This document shows, in pieces, positions 36,041-36,632 of a DNA stretch of 36,632 bases (positions within the stretch are counted from its first letter, which is position 1; each line of letters opens with the position of its first letter). This DNA comes from a virus. Its lineage: Duplodnaviria; Heunggongvirae; Uroviricota; Caudoviricetes. The translations under genes and the position numbers were made by a program. The notes under the pieces are model-generated. The model was not told the origin of the DNA. It saw only the letters and a program-made list of their open reading frames with translations, and searched no databases. The DNA lies in IMG/VR virus record IMGVR_UViG_2541047758_000014. The stretch is one strand, 5' to 3'.

Positions 36041-36301
36041 ATGTTCCGTTGTCCGCTTTGTGGCGCATCTGCCCGTATCCGCACCAGTCGTCCGGAAAAT
36101 GATTCAAACACCGTGCGGCAAAAGTATTACCAGTGTAACAACCTGGAATGCGGCGTATGCTTCTCAACACTGGAAGCTTTCCATAAATTCACATCGAAAC
36201 ACGCCTCCGGCATCCACTCTTCAGAAGATATCCCGTGGCATGAGCTGCCAGCTTCACACAGGGGAAACAATCAGATGAGCTTGCCTTTACCTCAGAATTA
36301 A
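36041..36301 (+). CDS. ogr: Ogr-family zinc-finger late transcription activator
   Basis: MFRCPLCGASARIRTSR...YYQCNNLECGVCF matches the P2 Ogr C-x2-C...C-x4-C pattern; RBS aagggagg. Confidence 0.85.
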   Translation: MFRCPLCGASARIRTSRPENDSNTVRQKYYQCNNLECGVCFSTLEAFHKFTSKHASGIHSSEDIPWHELPASHRGNNQMSLPLPQN

Positions 36302-36361
36302 CAGGCAGAATTGCCGGAGTAACAAAAAAGCGATAGATTACGCGCGGGTGCCTTTCGGCTG

Positions 36362-36574
36362 ATGGTCGGAGGGAATACCCGAAGGCCAGATGTGGAAAGG
36401 CCCCGGAAAACATCTCTGTTTAACCGAGGCCCTAACCGCATTACCTTGACAAGTGAAAGGTTAGCGCCTCTCCGGAAAAGGAGCAAGTGCTATGTCGCAA
36501 AAATCGCTTACGGCCATCACGTTCTGCGTGACGGCAATCCTCATCATCTGGATGTTGCACGGTTCGCTGTGTGA
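36362..36574 (+). CDS. mok-like overlapping reading frame of the hok locus
   Basis: 70 aa ORF overlapping the hok frame, as in hok/mok/sok loci; no sequence signature of its own. Confidence 0.35.
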   Translation: MVGGNTRRPDVERPRKTSLFNRGPNRITLTSERLAPLRKRSKCYVAKIAYGHHVLRDGNPHHLDVARFAV

Positions 36575-36632
36575 AATACGGATGAGCTTCTGGGGAGCGG
36601 AGTTTGCGGCGTTCTTACAGTGTAAGCAGTAA
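36492..36632 (+). CDS. hok: Hok/Gef-family type I toxin
   Basis: 46 aa MSQKSLTAITFCVTAILIIWMLHGSLCEIRMSFWGAEFAAFLQCKQ; SLCEIR and AAFL motifs match Hok/HokA; below ORF-track size cutoff; stop is the last codon of the window. Confidence 0.75.
   Translation: MSQKSLTAITFCVTAILIIWMLHGSLCEIRMSFWGAEFAAFLQCKQ

Noticed and set aside
1-36632. CRISPR arrays, rRNA or tRNA genes
   Set aside because: No regularly spaced short repeat arrays and no rRNA- or tRNA-like sequences were recognised by eye; a covariance-model scan is still needed to be sure.

Overview
This window is an almost complete P2-family (Peduovirus-like) temperate phage or prophage of an enterobacterial host, read from sequence and the ORF track only; all homology calls are from memory, no searches were run. 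Left to right: two small leftward genes, tyrosine integrase and C-type repressor (both leftward), a divergent operator region, a rightward early operon (Cox-like gene, small unknowns, an SPFH lipoprotein pair), replication initiator gpA, a ParM/ParR partition module with palindromic repeats, an AT-rich DUF3800-like cargo gene, a repeat-rich cos-like gap, then portal Q and terminase P (leftward) and O, N, M, L, X, lysis genes, R, S, V, W, J, I, tail fibre H and G (rightward). H/G sit on a Gin/Pin-type invertible segment with gix-like sites and a serine invertase. The tail block U-T-E'/E-FII-FI follows on the minus strand, inverted relative to D and ogr, which is not the canonical P2 order. An AT-rich membrane-protein moron lies between D and ogr, and a hok/mok-like type I toxin locus ends the window. 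The best candidates for undescribed biology are the ParMR plus DUF3800-like cargo at the A-Q hotspot and the D-ogr moron.
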